A DNA stretch of 64,000 nucleotides from an uncultured bacterium. GTDB taxonomy: Bacteria > Actinomycetota > Acidimicrobiia > Spongiisociales > ZC4RG35. Position 1 is the stretch's first letter; each line of letters starts with the position of its first letter. This document shows, in pieces, positions 50,150 to 60,883 of this stretch. The DNA lies in the NCBI GenBank assembly GCA_963792365.1, contig CAWBVW010000008.1, positions 132,243-196,242 on the forward strand. Direction: 5' to 3'. Both the position numbers and the translations under genes were made by a program. A model generated the notes under the pieces. It was given only the letters and a program-made list of their open reading frames with translations, was not told the DNA's origin and searched no databases.

Positions 50150-50548
50150 TCACGATTCGTTCACCACCACGGCCGACCGGACCAGTTCCCTCAGCGCATC
50201 CTCGTCCACGGTGTCGCCCTCGAAGAAGTCGATGGCGCGACGGGTCTTGCCGTCCAGGCTCGAGTTGAACATGCCCGTCGGGTCGTCGACCGAGGCGCCC
50301 TTGGCGAAGGTCAGCTTGACCTTGTCCTTGTATATCTCGCCGGTGCAGATGATGCCGTCGTGGGACCATGTGGGGACTCCGCCCGGGTTGGAGGGCTTCC
50401 TCCACTTCACCTCCTCCACCACGTCGGGGTCGGCGGCTCGGATCACAGAGCGAAGCCCGGCCAGCATGGGCCCCCGCCAGTCGTCCAGACGCTCGATGTG
50501 GTCGTCGATCAACTCGGATGCGGGACGGTCGTCGTCGATCTCGCTCAT
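50150..50548 (-). CDS. DUF1801 domain protein
   Basis: Start at MSEIDDDRP. Confidence 0.55.
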   Translation of the reverse strand: MSEIDDDRPASELIDDHIERLDDWRGPMLAGLRSVIRAADPDVVEEVKWRKPSNPGGVPTWSHDGIICTGEIYKDKVKLTFAKGASVDDPTGMFNSSLDGKTRRAIDFFEGDTVDEDALRELVRSAVVVNES

Positions 50549-50648
50549 GATGCTTGCCTCGCTTCTGCGCTTGTTCCGATGGTTTGTGCCATCCTCGTCG
50601 ATCCGAGGTCCTCTGCCCACCTCGCCGCCGCCTCCGGAGGAGTGTCAG

Positions 50649-51620
50649 ATGAGAGCCATGGTTCTTCCGGCATACGGAGGCCCGGAGGTGTTCGAGCTCC
50701 GGGACGTGTCCGAGCCGGAGTGCGGTCCGGGACAGGTGCGAGTCGGAGTCGAATTCGCCGGGGTCAACTTCACCGACGTTCGAAACCGCCGTGGTGACGG
50801 TCTTGGCCGTCCGCCCATGATCGTGGGGATCGAGGTCTCAGGCCGGGTGCTCGAAACCAGCTCGGGCGTCGAGGGCATCTCGGTGGGTGACCCGGTGGCG
50901 GCCTTGTGCGGCGGTGGCGGATACGCCGAGCAGGTCGTCACCGAGGCGATGCGCGTCGTGCCGCTTCCGCCCCCTCTGATCGGAGACCCGGCTGCCGCTT
51001 GCGCCACGGGCGTGGTGCCGTCGGCGTTGAACCTCCTCCGGCACGGAGGGAAGGTCCGTCCAGGCGAGACGATGCTGTTCCATGGTGCCGCCGGCGGAGT
51101 CGGATCGGTGTTCGCGCAGGCGGCGCACCATCTCGGGCTGGGCAGCGTCATCGGGACCGTGGGACGGGAGTCCAAGATCACGCCGGCGCTCGGCTATGGA
51201 TACGACCACGTCCTCGTTCGCGACCGCTTCGAGGAGGATATCCGCGAGCTCACCGACGGTCGGGGGGTCGACGTCGTGTTCGATCCTATCGGCGGCGATG
51301 TGCGAGCGAGGTCTTGGGATGTGCTCGCCGATTTCGGTCGGCTCGTCCACTTCGGGAACGCCTCGCACCAGCCAGAGGTGGTACCGCCCGCCGTTGATCT
51401 CCGCGCTCGAGGGCTGAGCTACGTAGGCTACTCGGGCGGCCAGCACGCCGTCCGCGACCCCGAGACCGCGCATGCGTCGTGGGTCGAGGGCGTCGATCTC
51501 GTGGCCACCGGCGCCGTACACGTCGACGTAAGCAAGGTTTTCGCGCTCGAGGATGCCGCCCGTGCCCACGAACTGATGGAACGAGGCGACACCGTCGGCA
51601 AGGTCGTGCTCGCCGTCTGA
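50649..51620 (+). CDS. NADPH:quinone oxidoreductase / zinc-type alcohol dehydrogenase-like (MDR family)
   Basis: MRAMVLPAYGGPEVFELRDV, GAAGGVGS cofactor motif. Confidence 0.75.
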   Translation: MRAMVLPAYGGPEVFELRDVSEPECGPGQVRVGVEFAGVNFTDVRNRRGDGLGRPPMIVGIEVSGRVLETSSGVEGISVGDPVAALCGGGGYAEQVVTEAMRVVPLPPPLIGDPAAACATGVVPSALNLLRHGGKVRPGETMLFHGAAGGVGSVFAQAAHHLGLGSVIGTVGRESKITPALGYGYDHVLVRDRFEEDIRELTDGRGVDVVFDPIGGDVRARSWDVLADFGRLVHFGNASHQPEVVPPAVDLRARGLSYVGYSGGQHAVRDPETAHASWVEGVDLVATGAVHVDVSKVFALEDAARAHELMERGDTVGKVVLAV

Positions 51621-51951
51621 TCCTTCTCGCGTCCCCCGGCTTCGACATCTTCGAGACCGGCTTCCGGCGCGGTTGGCCAAACACGAGCCGAGCATGCAGT
51701 CCGATGGGCGCACCTCATCTCGCAGCCGGATTCCGGGCGTTTCCCGATCTTGACCGGCCCGCCCGCCCGAGTGGTTCACACCGTTGCGTCGCGTGAGCAG
51801 GTCGACTGCCGGCTCGCCAGGGTCATCGACGGCTGATCGCCTGACCAGGGGAGATGGTCGAGTACGACGAAGGGAATGACCCGGTTGGTCAGCATCCATA
51901 TTCGGCGAAGATCGGCCACTCGCCTCCTGGTGGTCCAGATCGGAACTCTGC

Positions 51952-52836
51952 TCATCGGGTACCAATGGTCGAGCGGATGGTTGCGGCGATCGAGGCGAAG
52001 CGGCCCGTTTGGTCGACGAGGTCTCCGTCCGGCCAGAGGATGAAGCTGTCGATACCGTGGTTGAGTGCCAGATCTGTGAGCTCGTCCACCCACTGGTCAC
52101 GCGGTCCACGCAGGAATCCTTCCGACGTGTGATCGGTGATGACGCCGTTGACATTGGCCAGCCGCCGGATGCTGGCAGGTTCCCGTCCGGCTGCCCTGGC
52201 TGCTTCGTCGATCGATTCGTGCCGTGCGTTGAGCTCTGCGACCGGCATGGAGGGGATCGAGGGGATCCAACCGTCGGCGGTCTCTCCGAGTAGCCGCAAT
52301 GCCCGGGGGCCGTAGACGCCGAGCCAGATACCGATGCGGTGTGCGGGTGGTGGCCCGGGCCTGACGCCGGCCAACTGGTGATGGACTCCCTCGTAGCGGA
52401 CCGACCTGTGGCTGCTCCACAGGAGCTTGATCACCTCGATCGCTTCGCGGAGTGCCTCGAGCGATTCGCCGGGCGTTCGCCGGGGTCCGCCCATGGCGGC
52501 GATGGCGTCCCAGAAGGCGCCGGCGCCCAGTCCGAGTTCGAAGCGGCCGCCGCTGAGCAGGTCGATCGACGACGCCGTCTTGGCCAGTACGGCTGGTGGA
52601 CGGAGGGGGAGGCTGGCCACGTCGGGGAACACTGTGATCCGCTCGGTTCGAACCGCGATGGCGGTGAGCAGGGCGAAAGTGTCTACGAATCGGCGCTGGT
52701 ACGGATGGTCCTGAATCCCGACGAGGTCGAGGCCTTCTTGGTCGGCGATGTGGACCGCTTTCCAGAGGGCATCGAGGCTGTCGGCCTCCGGTGGAGGAAA
52801 GATACCGAACGAGAGTGGGCGTCCGTAGTCGGTCAT
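51952..52836 (-). CDS. LLM-class F420-dependent (luciferase-like) oxidoreductase
   Basis: 294 aa, TIM-barrel LLM signature (LSGGRFELGLGAG). Confidence 0.7.
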   Translation of the reverse strand: MTDYGRPLSFGIFPPPEADSLDALWKAVHIADQEGLDLVGIQDHPYQRRFVDTFALLTAIAVRTERITVFPDVASLPLRPPAVLAKTASSIDLLSGGRFELGLGAGAFWDAIAAMGGPRRTPGESLEALREAIEVIKLLWSSHRSVRYEGVHHQLAGVRPGPPPAHRIGIWLGVYGPRALRLLGETADGWIPSIPSMPVAELNARHESIDEAARAAGREPASIRRLANVNGVITDHTSEGFLRGPRDQWVDELTDLALNHGIDSFILWPDGDLVDQTGRFASIAATIRSTIGTR

Positions 52837-53139
52837 TGGATGCTCGATTCAGATTGCTCGGTGCGTCTCGCCGTGTCCTGATGGCCGGCCGCGGCATTCG
52901 GACCATGGAGCAACAGCGAACGTTTCAGCATGTTGTCCGGGCTTGTCGACGTCTTCTGCGAGCCTAGAGCTGGGGGCGCCCTTCCGTCGAGCGCCTTGCG
53001 AACGTGTCCGGGGTCCCCGGCGCCTGGCCATCCGAGGTCCCCAGGCCCTGCCGACCCGAGAGGGCGGATCCAAGCGACCACGACGAATTCAGGACACAAG
53101 CCTCTGCGCCGGCCAGGTGGTCGCGGCTTCACTGGGGAC

Positions 53140-53805
53140 ATGGCACGCTCCAAGAGCCCGGTTCCCAAGCTGGATCTCCGCACGCAATACAAGGAGTTCT
53201 ACCTGCCCTCGGCCAAGAAGGTCTCTATGGTCGACGTCCCGGAGTTCATGTTCATCGCGTTGGACGGAGTGGTCGAAGCCGGCGTCCGGCCGGGTGACTC
53301 GGAGGCATTTCGGGACTCGATGGCGGCGATGTACGGCGTGGGCTATGCGCTGAAGTTCATGTCGAAGCTCCGTTCCGAAGATCCGATCGATTTCACCGTC
53401 ATGGCGGTCGAAGGTCTCTGGTCCACTGAGTCCGAGAGCAAGTTCGATTTCGATTGGAGGGAGCCCTCCCTCTACACGCTGCTCATGATGCAGCCGGACC
53501 ACATCACCTCGGCCATGTTCGAACAGGCCGTGGCAGACACCCAGGAGAAGCGGTCGAACCCGGCTCTGGACCGGATCCGGCTCGAACGCTGGCGGGAGGG
53601 CCTCTCGATCCAGATCATGCACATCGGCCCCTACGCCGACGAACCCGCCACTCTCGACAAGATGGACGCCTTCGCCGAGGCGAACGGCTGCAGGTTCCAC
53701 GGCCGCCACCACGAGATCTACATCGGGGATCCGACCAGATCGAAGCCGGAGAACCTGAAGACGGTTCTTCGCCACCCCGTGACGCCCGACCAGTCGGCCG
53801 GCTAG
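53140..53805 (+). CDS. GyrI-like small-molecule-binding domain protein
   Basis: Start at MARSKSP. Confidence 0.5.
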   Translation: MARSKSPVPKLDLRTQYKEFYLPSAKKVSMVDVPEFMFIALDGVVEAGVRPGDSEAFRDSMAAMYGVGYALKFMSKLRSEDPIDFTVMAVEGLWSTESESKFDFDWREPSLYTLLMMQPDHITSAMFEQAVADTQEKRSNPALDRIRLERWREGLSIQIMHIGPYADEPATLDKMDAFAEANGCRFHGRHHEIYIGDPTRSKPENLKTVLRHPVTPDQSAG

Positions 53806-53842
53806 CCGTCCTGTCAGTCCCAACCGGGGCCAGCGTGCACCG

Positions 53843-54265
53843 TCAGCGTCGCCCGGCCAGGTCGACCGCTTCCGGTTCGTCGATCAGGTGCCCGCCACGC
53901 ACTGTCGCGCCGATGGTGATCCCGGCGGTGGCGAGCACGATGTTCTTCAGGATGTACTGACCCTCGAGCGTCGGTACGCCGAACTCGGCCCAGGTGACCT
54001 CCGGAAACAGGACGAGTGGCGTCACCGTTCCCAGCATCTGGCCGGCCAACAGCAGCAGTGTCAGACGCAGAGCCTTCCCGAAGATGAGACCCAAGCCAAT
54101 GATCGTCTCCAGGACTGCCAGGCCCAGCCGTGCCAGCGTCGCAGGGAGCAGACCGAACGTGAGACGGTCGATCGTGTCGAGCGCCAACGCGTCGGCAGGA
54201 CTCAAACCGGGCCAGAACTTCAGCAAACCGAACCACAGGAACACGACCCCGATGCTGATCCGCAC
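53843..54265 (-). CDS. DoxX-family membrane protein
   Basis: 140 aa, 4 TM. Confidence 0.6.
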   Translation of the reverse strand: MRISIGVVFLWFGLLKFWPGLSPADALALDTIDRLTFGLLPATLARLGLAVLETIIGLGLIFGKALRLTLLLLAGQMLGTVTPLVLFPEVTWAEFGVPTLEGQYILKNIVLATAGITIGATVRGGHLIDEPEAVDLAGRR

Positions 54266-54508
54266 AGAGTGATGCCGTGATTGGCAAAGAGCCGAGTGAT
54301 CCGGCGGTCGAGTTCGGCGAAACGTTCGCGGTCCATGCCAGAAACGCTAGGTAGTGCAAGCCCGGTACCGGTAGCCAGGACGGCGACGACGCCGCCGCCC
54401 CTCACGATCGATCGAAATCCCCAAGTGATCCGGCGAGCCGGACTCAGGAGTGGGTTCTTCGGTTTACTCCGGACCTGGCGCCCCTGCACTCGCCCACGGC
54501 TCGCCTGT

Positions 54509-56863
54509 TCATCGGCCGATGTAGGCGGCCAGGTGCTCGCCGGTCAGGGTCGAACGGTCAGAGACCAGCTCGGTTGGCGTGCCCTCGAAAACGACCCGTC
54601 CACCGTCGTGGCCGGCACCCGGGCCGAGGTCGATGATCCAGTCGGCGTGGGCCATCACCGCCTGATGGTGCTCGATCACGATCACCGACGTGCCCGAGTC
54701 GACCAACTGGTCGAGCAAGCCGAGGAGGTGGTCCACATCTGCGAGGTGCAGGCCGCTCGTCGGCTCGTCGAGCACGTAGACGTCGCCCGTCTCGCCCATC
54801 TGGATTGCGAGCTTGAGCCGCTGGCGCTCGCCGCCGGACAGCGTTGTCAGAGGCTGCCCGAGCTTCAGGTAACCGATCCCGACGTCGGTCAGTCGCTGGA
54901 GGATCTTCTGGGCCGCGGCGATCCTCGTCTCGCCCGAGCCGAAGAGCTCGAGCGCTTCGGTGACCGGCATCGACATGACGTCGGCGATGTTCCGCCCACC
55001 GAAGGTGTAGTCCAGCACGGCGGCAGCGAAGCCCTTGCCTTCGCAGTCTTCGCACGGCGTGGAGACCGTGTCCATGAACCCGAGCTCAACGTCGATCACT
55101 CCGGCGCCGTTGCAGGCGGGGCATGCGCCCTCTGAGTTGGCGCTGAACAGCGCAGGCTTCACGTCGTTGGCCTTGGCGAACGCCTTGCGAATCGACTCCA
55201 GCATTCCCGTGTAGGTGGCCGGATTGCTTCTGCGGGAGCCGCGAATCGGGGTCTGGTCGACCGTGACCACGCCGTCTCGGTTGGAGACCGAGCCGTGGAT
55301 CAGGGAGCTCTTCCCGGACCCGGCCACGCCGGTGATCACCACCAGCACCCCGAGGGGGATGTCCACATCGACGTGTTGGAGGTTGTGCGTGTCGGCGTCG
55401 CGTACCTCCATCACATCGGATGCCGAGCGCACCGAGTGCTTGAGCGATGCCCGATGATCCATGTGTCGACCCGTCAGGGTGTCGCTCTTGCTCAACTCGT
55501 CCACGCTGCCTTCGAAGACGACCTCCCCGCCCGCCGTGCCCGCGCCGGGGCCGAGGTCGACGACGTGGTCGGCTATTTCGATCACCTCGGGCTTGTGCTC
55601 GACGACCAACACCGTGTTGCCCTTGTCGCGCAGCTGGTGCAAGAGCTTGTTCATTCGTTGGATGTCGTGGGGATGGAGGCCGATCGTCGGCTCGTCGAAC
55701 ACGTAGGTGATGTCGGTGAGCGCCGATCCCAGGTGGCGGATCATTTTCGTGCGCTGTGCCTCGCCACCCGATAGCGTGCCTGACGCTCGATCGAGGGAGA
55801 GGTAGCCGAGCCCGATCTCGGTGAACGAGTCGAGCGTGTGTTGCAGGTTCGCCAGTAGGGGAGCGGCGGACGGCACGTCGAGGCCTCGTACCCATGCAGC
55901 GAGGTCGCTGATCTGCATCGAGCATGCATCGGCGATGGTGATCCCATCGATCCTCGACGATCGTGCCGCCTCGCTGAGCCGGGTGCCGCCGCAGTCGGGG
56001 CAGTCGACGAAGGTTGCGGCCCGCTCGACGAACTCGCGGATGTGAGGTTGGAGCGAGTCGGGGTCCTTGGAGAAGAATGACCGCTTCACCCTCGTGAGCA
56101 GGCCCTCGTAGGTCCGGTTGATGCCGGAGAACTTGATCTTGGTCGGCTCCTTGCGAAGGAAGTCGTGCAGCTCGGTCTCCGTGTAGTCACGGATCGGCTT
56201 GTCCGGATCGAGGAATCCCGACTCCATGAACTCGCGCACCGACCACCCGCCCGGTTTGTAGCCCGGGATGATGATCGCCCCCTCGCTCAGCGATTTGGAG
56301 TCGTCGAAGAGAGCGGAGAGGTCGATGTCGGAGACCGTGCCTCGTCCCTCGCATCTCGGGCACATTCCCCCCGCCCGCGTGAACAGGATCTTCTCCGCCT
56401 TGGCCTTGCCCTCGCCTTTCTCGACCGTGATCGCACCGCTCGCCCTGACCGACGGGACGTTGAACGAGAACGCGTTGGGTGGACCGACATGCGGCTTGCC
56501 CAGCCGGCTGAACAGGATGCGCAGCATCGTGTTGGCATCGGTGGCGGTTCCAACCGTCGAACGGACGTCGCCCCCCATCCGCTCCTGGTCGACGATGATG
56601 GCCGTGGTCAAACCATCGAGCACGTCGACGTCGGGCCGAGCCAGCGACGGCATGAAACCCTGTACGAAAGCGCTGTACGTTTCGTTGATCATCCGCTGCG
56701 ACTCGGCGGCGATCGTGTCGAACACCAGCGAGCTCTTGCCCGATCCCGAGACGCCGGTGAACACCGTCAGCCGGCGCTTGGGGAGTTCGACGGTGACGTC
56801 CTTGAGGTTGTTCTGGCGGGCCCCGGTGACCCGGATCAGGTCGTGGCTGTCGGCTGCGTGCAC
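54509..56863 (-). CDS. UvrA-like ABC ATPase paralogue (class II, excinuclease ABC subunit A family)
   Basis: Two ABC modules with Zn-finger (CPRCEGRG, CEDCEGKG). GVSGSGKSSL and GVAGSGKSSL Walker A motifs. Start at the GTG at 56863. Confidence 0.75.
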   Translation of the reverse strand: MHAADSHDLIRVTGARQNNLKDVTVELPKRRLTVFTGVSGSGKSSLVFDTIAAESQRMINETYSAFVQGFMPSLARPDVDVLDGLTTAIIVDQERMGGDVRSTVGTATDANTMLRILFSRLGKPHVGPPNAFSFNVPSVRASGAITVEKGEGKAKAEKILFTRAGGMCPRCEGRGTVSDIDLSALFDDSKSLSEGAIIIPGYKPGGWSVREFMESGFLDPDKPIRDYTETELHDFLRKEPTKIKFSGINRTYEGLLTRVKRSFFSKDPDSLQPHIREFVERAATFVDCPDCGGTRLSEAARSSRIDGITIADACSMQISDLAAWVRGLDVPSAAPLLANLQHTLDSFTEIGLGYLSLDRASGTLSGGEAQRTKMIRHLGSALTDITYVFDEPTIGLHPHDIQRMNKLLHQLRDKGNTVLVVEHKPEVIEIADHVVDLGPGAGTAGGEVVFEGSVDELSKSDTLTGRHMDHRASLKHSVRSASDVMEVRDADTHNLQHVDVDIPLGVLVVITGVAGSGKSSLIHGSVSNRDGVVTVDQTPIRGSRRSNPATYTGMLESIRKAFAKANDVKPALFSANSEGACPACNGAGVIDVELGFMDTVSTPCEDCEGKGFAAAVLDYTFGGRNIADVMSMPVTEALELFGSGETRIAAAQKILQRLTDVGIGYLKLGQPLTTLSGGERQRLKLAIQMGETGDVYVLDEPTSGLHLADVDHLLGLLDQLVDSGTSVIVIEHHQAVMAHADWIIDLGPGAGHDGGRVVFEGTPTELVSDRSTLTGEHLAAYIGR

Positions 56864-57181
56864 CCGGGGCACGTTACCGCTCGACGGTGTCCGTGGTTCG
56901 AGTGAGGACGTCGAGATCCGCTCTCCGATTCGCTCGATCCGGGCCTTCGCCCATCGTGGGCAATGTGAAGAACCTGCCCCTCGTGGATCGCGTGCGCGGC
57001 CACCCACCGCGAAGACGAAACCCCCCACGAAGGCGCTGCGGTGCTTGATGTCGGCCCGGTGCTTTTCCCTCTTCGGTGAACGGCTGCGAGGATCGCGTGC
57101 CAGGCGACAGCCAACGCGAGAATGTAGGAATTGCTCGCCCCGAGAGCAGGAGATCTAACCCGGGCCGCCGGCGAGATGCCC

Positions 57182-57418
57182 TCAGTCCTCGGGGAGAGCA
57201 GCGAACTCGCGCTTGGTGGCCTTGTACCAGCCCATTCCCTTGATGGGGTTCTTCCAGCGCTTCTTCATCTCGGCGAGCGCTTCTCTGTGTGCTTCATCGC
57301 CGCCGGCCACGATCTCTTTGAGATGCTTGTCCTGGGACTGGATCACTTCGTCGGCGGTCTCGCCACGGAGAGCGAGATCACAGGCTCCACCGAGCTGTCG
57401 GCATGTCATCGTCTTCAT
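57182..57418 (-). CDS. DUF1059 small protein
   Basis: MKTMTCRQLGGACDLALRGETADE... Confidence 0.55.
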   Translation of the reverse strand: MKTMTCRQLGGACDLALRGETADEVIQSQDKHLKEIVAGGDEAHREALAEMKKRWKNPIKGMGWYKATKREFAALPED

Positions 57419-57458
57419 GAGTCTCTTTCGGTTCGTATGTTTCGGGGTGTCGAGTGCG

Positions 57459-57857
57459 TCACGCCTGTGCGATGCGCACGAGGTTGCCGGAGGGATCACG
57501 CACGGCGAAGTCGCGCACCCCCCAGAACTGGTCGGCCGGTTCCGATACGATCTCGGCGCCCGAGTCGCGCACCTTTTCGAACATGGCATCGAGGTCGTCT
57601 GAGCGGAAGTGAACACCGTTGAGTGCGCCCTTGGCGATGAGTGCGGCGACCGCCTCCGTGTCGGCGGGGCTGCCGTTGAGATAGTTCGTGAGAACGATCG
57701 ATACACCCGGTTGGGAGGTGCCTCCGACCGTGATCCAGCGGAATCCGTCGTTGGCGACGTCGTTGCGGAGCTCGAGACCGAGGGTGTCGCGGTAGAAGGC
57801 CAATGCGAGGACGGGCTCGATGACCAAGACGAAGCATTGAGAGAGCGTGATGTCCAT
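57459..57857 (-). CDS. VOC (glyoxalase/bleomycin-resistance) family protein
   Basis: 133 aa. Confidence 0.6.
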   Translation of the reverse strand: MDITLSQCFVLVIEPVLALAFYRDTLGLELRNDVANDGFRWITVGGTSQPGVSIVLTNYLNGSPADTEAVAALIAKGALNGVHFRSDDLDAMFEKVRDSGAEIVSEPADQFWGVRDFAVRDPSGNLVRIAQA

Positions 57858-57867
57858 GCGAGGCACC

Positions 57868-58455
57868 CTACGGAACCGGTACCAGCTGCGCTTCTCCGAT
57901 CCTGCTCGGTTTGTGGCTGGGTCGCGTCATCTCTCGGGCGATGCAATTCGGAACGCTCAGCAGCTCGCTGTGGTCGCGTGCCCGGTATACCGACGGGGCC
58001 TCGCCCACGAGTTGTGTGAACCGCGCACTGAACGAGCCGAGCGAGGTACATCCGACGGCCATGCAGACCTCGGTGACCGACATGTCGCCACGGCGGAGGA
58101 GCGCCTTCGCCCGCTCGATTCGCCGTGTCATGAGATATGCGTACGGCGTCTCCCCGTAGGCGGCGCGGAACTGTCGCGAGAAATGGGCGGGCGACATGAG
58201 CGCAGCGCGCGCGATCTCGGCGACCACCAGAGGTCGCTCGTATTCTCGGTCCATCAGATCGCGAGCGCGGCGCAGGTGCGCGAGGTTGGCGAGCTCATCC
58301 GGCGTCACGTTGTCAGCGTACCGGGGTTTCGTGCCGAGTCGGGGGACAGATCGAGGCTGGCAGGCGGGCGCCGGGTCATCGACTCCACTCCGCTCGTTGT
58401 TCCCTGGACCTCGGAAACAGGCAAGAGTGATTCGAAGGTCTACCGTCGGTGACAT
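57868..58455 (-). CDS. AraC-family transcriptional regulator
   Basis: HTH_18 region: LVVAEIARAALMSPAHFSRQFRAAYGETPYAYLMTRRIERAKALL. Start uncertain. Confidence 0.6.
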   Translation of the reverse strand: MSPTVDLRITLACFRGPGNNERSGVDDPAPACQPRSVPRLGTKPRYADNVTPDELANLAHLRRARDLMDREYERPLVVAEIARAALMSPAHFSRQFRAAYGETPYAYLMTRRIERAKALLRRGDMSVTEVCMAVGCTSLGSFSARFTQLVGEAPSVYRARDHSELLSVPNCIAREMTRPSHKPSRIGEAQLVPVP

Positions 58456-58515
58456 GAACCTCGGGCTCAGCGTCGATCAGGCGGTCAGCGTGGGCGGTCA
58501 CAGTTCTCGTGCCAG

Positions 58516-59514
58516 GTGGGTCAGCGTCCCGGGCCGAGCCGTATGAGCGCCGGAGATGGGCGCGCCCCGTTGGGGGCCCGTCCCAACGCCGGGATCAGGA
58601 GGCTCATCCGACCGTCACTGATGGTGCTCGTGCTCGGGTTCGCGGTCCACGTGCTGTTGCCCCAAGTGGCTGAGCTTGAGAAGGGCTTCGAGGCGTTGCG
58701 TACGGGTCGGTGGCCATTCCTCACGATTGCGGTGATCGGGGCTGTGCTCACCTACCTTGCAGGGGCATGGTCGGTTCGGGCGTCGGTCGATGCCCCACCG
58801 CCCTGGGGCCGCACCACGATCGTGCAGGTGGCGGCGTCGGCGGCTGCGATCGTGACCCCGGGTGGGGTCGGCTGGGTGGCGATCAACCAGAGTTACCTTC
58901 AGAAGGAAGGCGTGAACGAGGCAACGGCACGCGCCGCTACTGGTCTCAACATGGTGTTGACCTTCGTGTCTCATGTCGGCTTGCTGTTGATCTTGTTGCC
59001 CTTCTTGCCGGCGCTCACACTGCCAACGGTGGCCCCGCCACAGCGTCGGCTGTTCGTCGATGTGGTGGTGGCGATCACCGTGGTTGTCGGCGTACTCGTC
59101 TGGATCCCGCACGTCCGGCGGAGGACGATCTCGGCGGTCAAGCCGATTCTGGAGGCCGTGCCCGGTGTCGTCCGGAACCCCAAACGATCGGCCCGGATGA
59201 TCGTCGCTGCAGCTGGGGCCAATGCCGCCTATGCGCTGGCGCTCTTCGGGGCGGTGGCGGCGTTCGGTCCGGCGCCGCCCCCGTCGGGAGTCCTCGTGGC
59301 CTACCTGGTGGCCGCCACGGTGGCGGCCATAGCGCCGACGCCGGGCGGCCTCGGGGCCATGGAGGCGGCGCTTGTCTCCGCACTGACCAGGTTGGGAGTG
59401 GAAGGGGGTCAGGCGGTGGCAGCGACTCTGGCGTTTCGACTGGCCTCGTTTTGGCTGCCGCTTGCGGCTGGGGCTGTCGCCCTCCACCAAGTCCGGCGAC
59501 GAGGCGTGATATGA
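58516..59514 (+). CDS. Flippase-like (MprF C-terminal/UPF0104) membrane protein
   Basis: 332 aa, ~8 TM. Confidence 0.55.
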   Translation: MGQRPGPSRMSAGDGRAPLGARPNAGIRRLIRPSLMVLVLGFAVHVLLPQVAELEKGFEALRTGRWPFLTIAVIGAVLTYLAGAWSVRASVDAPPPWGRTTIVQVAASAAAIVTPGGVGWVAINQSYLQKEGVNEATARAATGLNMVLTFVSHVGLLLILLPFLPALTLPTVAPPQRRLFVDVVVAITVVVGVLVWIPHVRRRTISAVKPILEAVPGVVRNPKRSARMIVAAAGANAAYALALFGAVAAFGPAPPPSGVLVAYLVAATVAAIAPTPGGLGAMEAALVSALTRLGVEGGQAVAATLAFRLASFWLPLAAGAVALHQVRRRGVI

Positions 59515-59542
59515 GTCTTTCACCCACGGTGGGAGACACCAG

Positions 59543-60874
59543 GTGACGAGGCTCTTCGACCTGGTCGGGCCGTTCGCACCGGCTTTGGTGTTCGTTTTGG
59601 CGGCAGCAGAGAGCGCTGCGTTCGTGGGGTTCCTGATTCCCGGGGAACTCGCGGTGATCCTCGGTGGCGTCGCCGCGGGGACGGGTGCCGTGTCGCTCTG
59701 GCTGATGATTCCCGCGGCCGTGCTCGGTGCCGTTGTGGGTGATTCCGTCGGATACTCGCTCGGACATCGGATGGGCCCGACCTTGCTGTCCAGGCCGAAG
59801 ATGAGGCGCGTTTCGGCGCGAATGGACGCTGCCGCTGCGCTGCTGGCCGAACGCGGCTGGTGGGCCCTGGTGGTGGCCCGATTCGCAGCATTTCTCCGTG
59901 CCGTCGTTCCATTCGCCGCCGGCCTCGGGAAGATGCCTTACCGCAGGTTCCTGCTGGGCAACGCCATTGGAGGCGCCCTGTGGGGAACGGCATTCACGCT
60001 GGTCGGATATGCAGCCGGCACCAACTACCCGAAGGTGGAGCGATGGTTCCGTGCGGGGGGACTGGCCGTGGTCGTGTTGGTTGCGCTCGTCGGAGGGATC
60101 GTATGGGTCACACGGTGGGCTGAGCGCAACCGTCAGGCGGTTGCCGAGCGACTGGAACGAGCAGCGAACCGCCGCCCACTCCGATACCTGGCTGCCGGCA
60201 TCCGGAGATCCCACCGCCCTGGGCTCACGCTCGTGGTGACGGCCGTCGCGACCATCGTTGGGTTGTGGGTGTTCGGCGGCTTGATCCAAGACATCCTGGG
60301 GAGCGAAGAGTTCTTCTTCTTCGACGTCTCGACCATCCGCTACCTCTCGGGCAATCGGATCGCAGCCCTGATCGAGCCCGCTCGTATCATCGATGCAATC
60401 AGCACCCCGCCTTGGAGCCTCGTGCCGGTGCTGGCTCTTGTGCCACTCGCCAGGCGACGAGTTCGGTTGCTCGGCGCTGTGGTCGCCGCCCTGGTAGGCC
60501 AATGGTTGATCGTCGAACTGACCTCGACGCTGATCGCCCGGACGCCGCCGGCCGCCACCGCTCTGGCACCCCGAGTCGACTATGGGTTTCCCTCCGGGCA
60601 GGTGGCTCTCGTGGCGGCAGTAGCGTGTCTCCTCGCCTGGCCGTGGGGTCGGCCGGCGTGGCGGATCACTGTGACACAGTTCGGTGCCGCCGCACTCGTC
60701 GTCACCCTGGTAGGCGCAGCTCGGGTGCTCCTCCTCGTCGAGTACCCGAGCGATGTCATCGGTGGCGCCGCAGTGGCGGCTGCGTGGACCCTGGTCGTCT
60801 GTCTCGCTTTCGACCCACAGCCCGGGCGAGAGCTCATGCCAGGTCCTGCACGTCGCGATAGGTCGGCCAGTTAG
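59543..60874 (+). CDS. DedA-family / PAP2 phosphatase fusion membrane protein
   Basis: N-terminal DedA signature (GFLIPGELAVILGG...RF..F.R), C-terminal PAP2 (PSGQ...). Confidence 0.6.
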   Translation: MTRLFDLVGPFAPALVFVLAAAESAAFVGFLIPGELAVILGGVAAGTGAVSLWLMIPAAVLGAVVGDSVGYSLGHRMGPTLLSRPKMRRVSARMDAAAALLAERGWWALVVARFAAFLRAVVPFAAGLGKMPYRRFLLGNAIGGALWGTAFTLVGYAAGTNYPKVERWFRAGGLAVVVLVALVGGIVWVTRWAERNRQAVAERLERAANRRPLRYLAAGIRRSHRPGLTLVVTAVATIVGLWVFGGLIQDILGSEEFFFFDVSTIRYLSGNRIAALIEPARIIDAISTPPWSLVPVLALVPLARRRVRLLGAVVAALVGQWLIVELTSTLIARTPPAATALAPRVDYGFPSGQVALVAAVACLLAWPWGRPAWRITVTQFGAAALVVTLVGAARVLLLVEYPSDVIGGAAVAAAWTLVVCLAFDPQPGRELMPGPARRDRSAS

Positions 60875-60883
60875 TCTCACACC

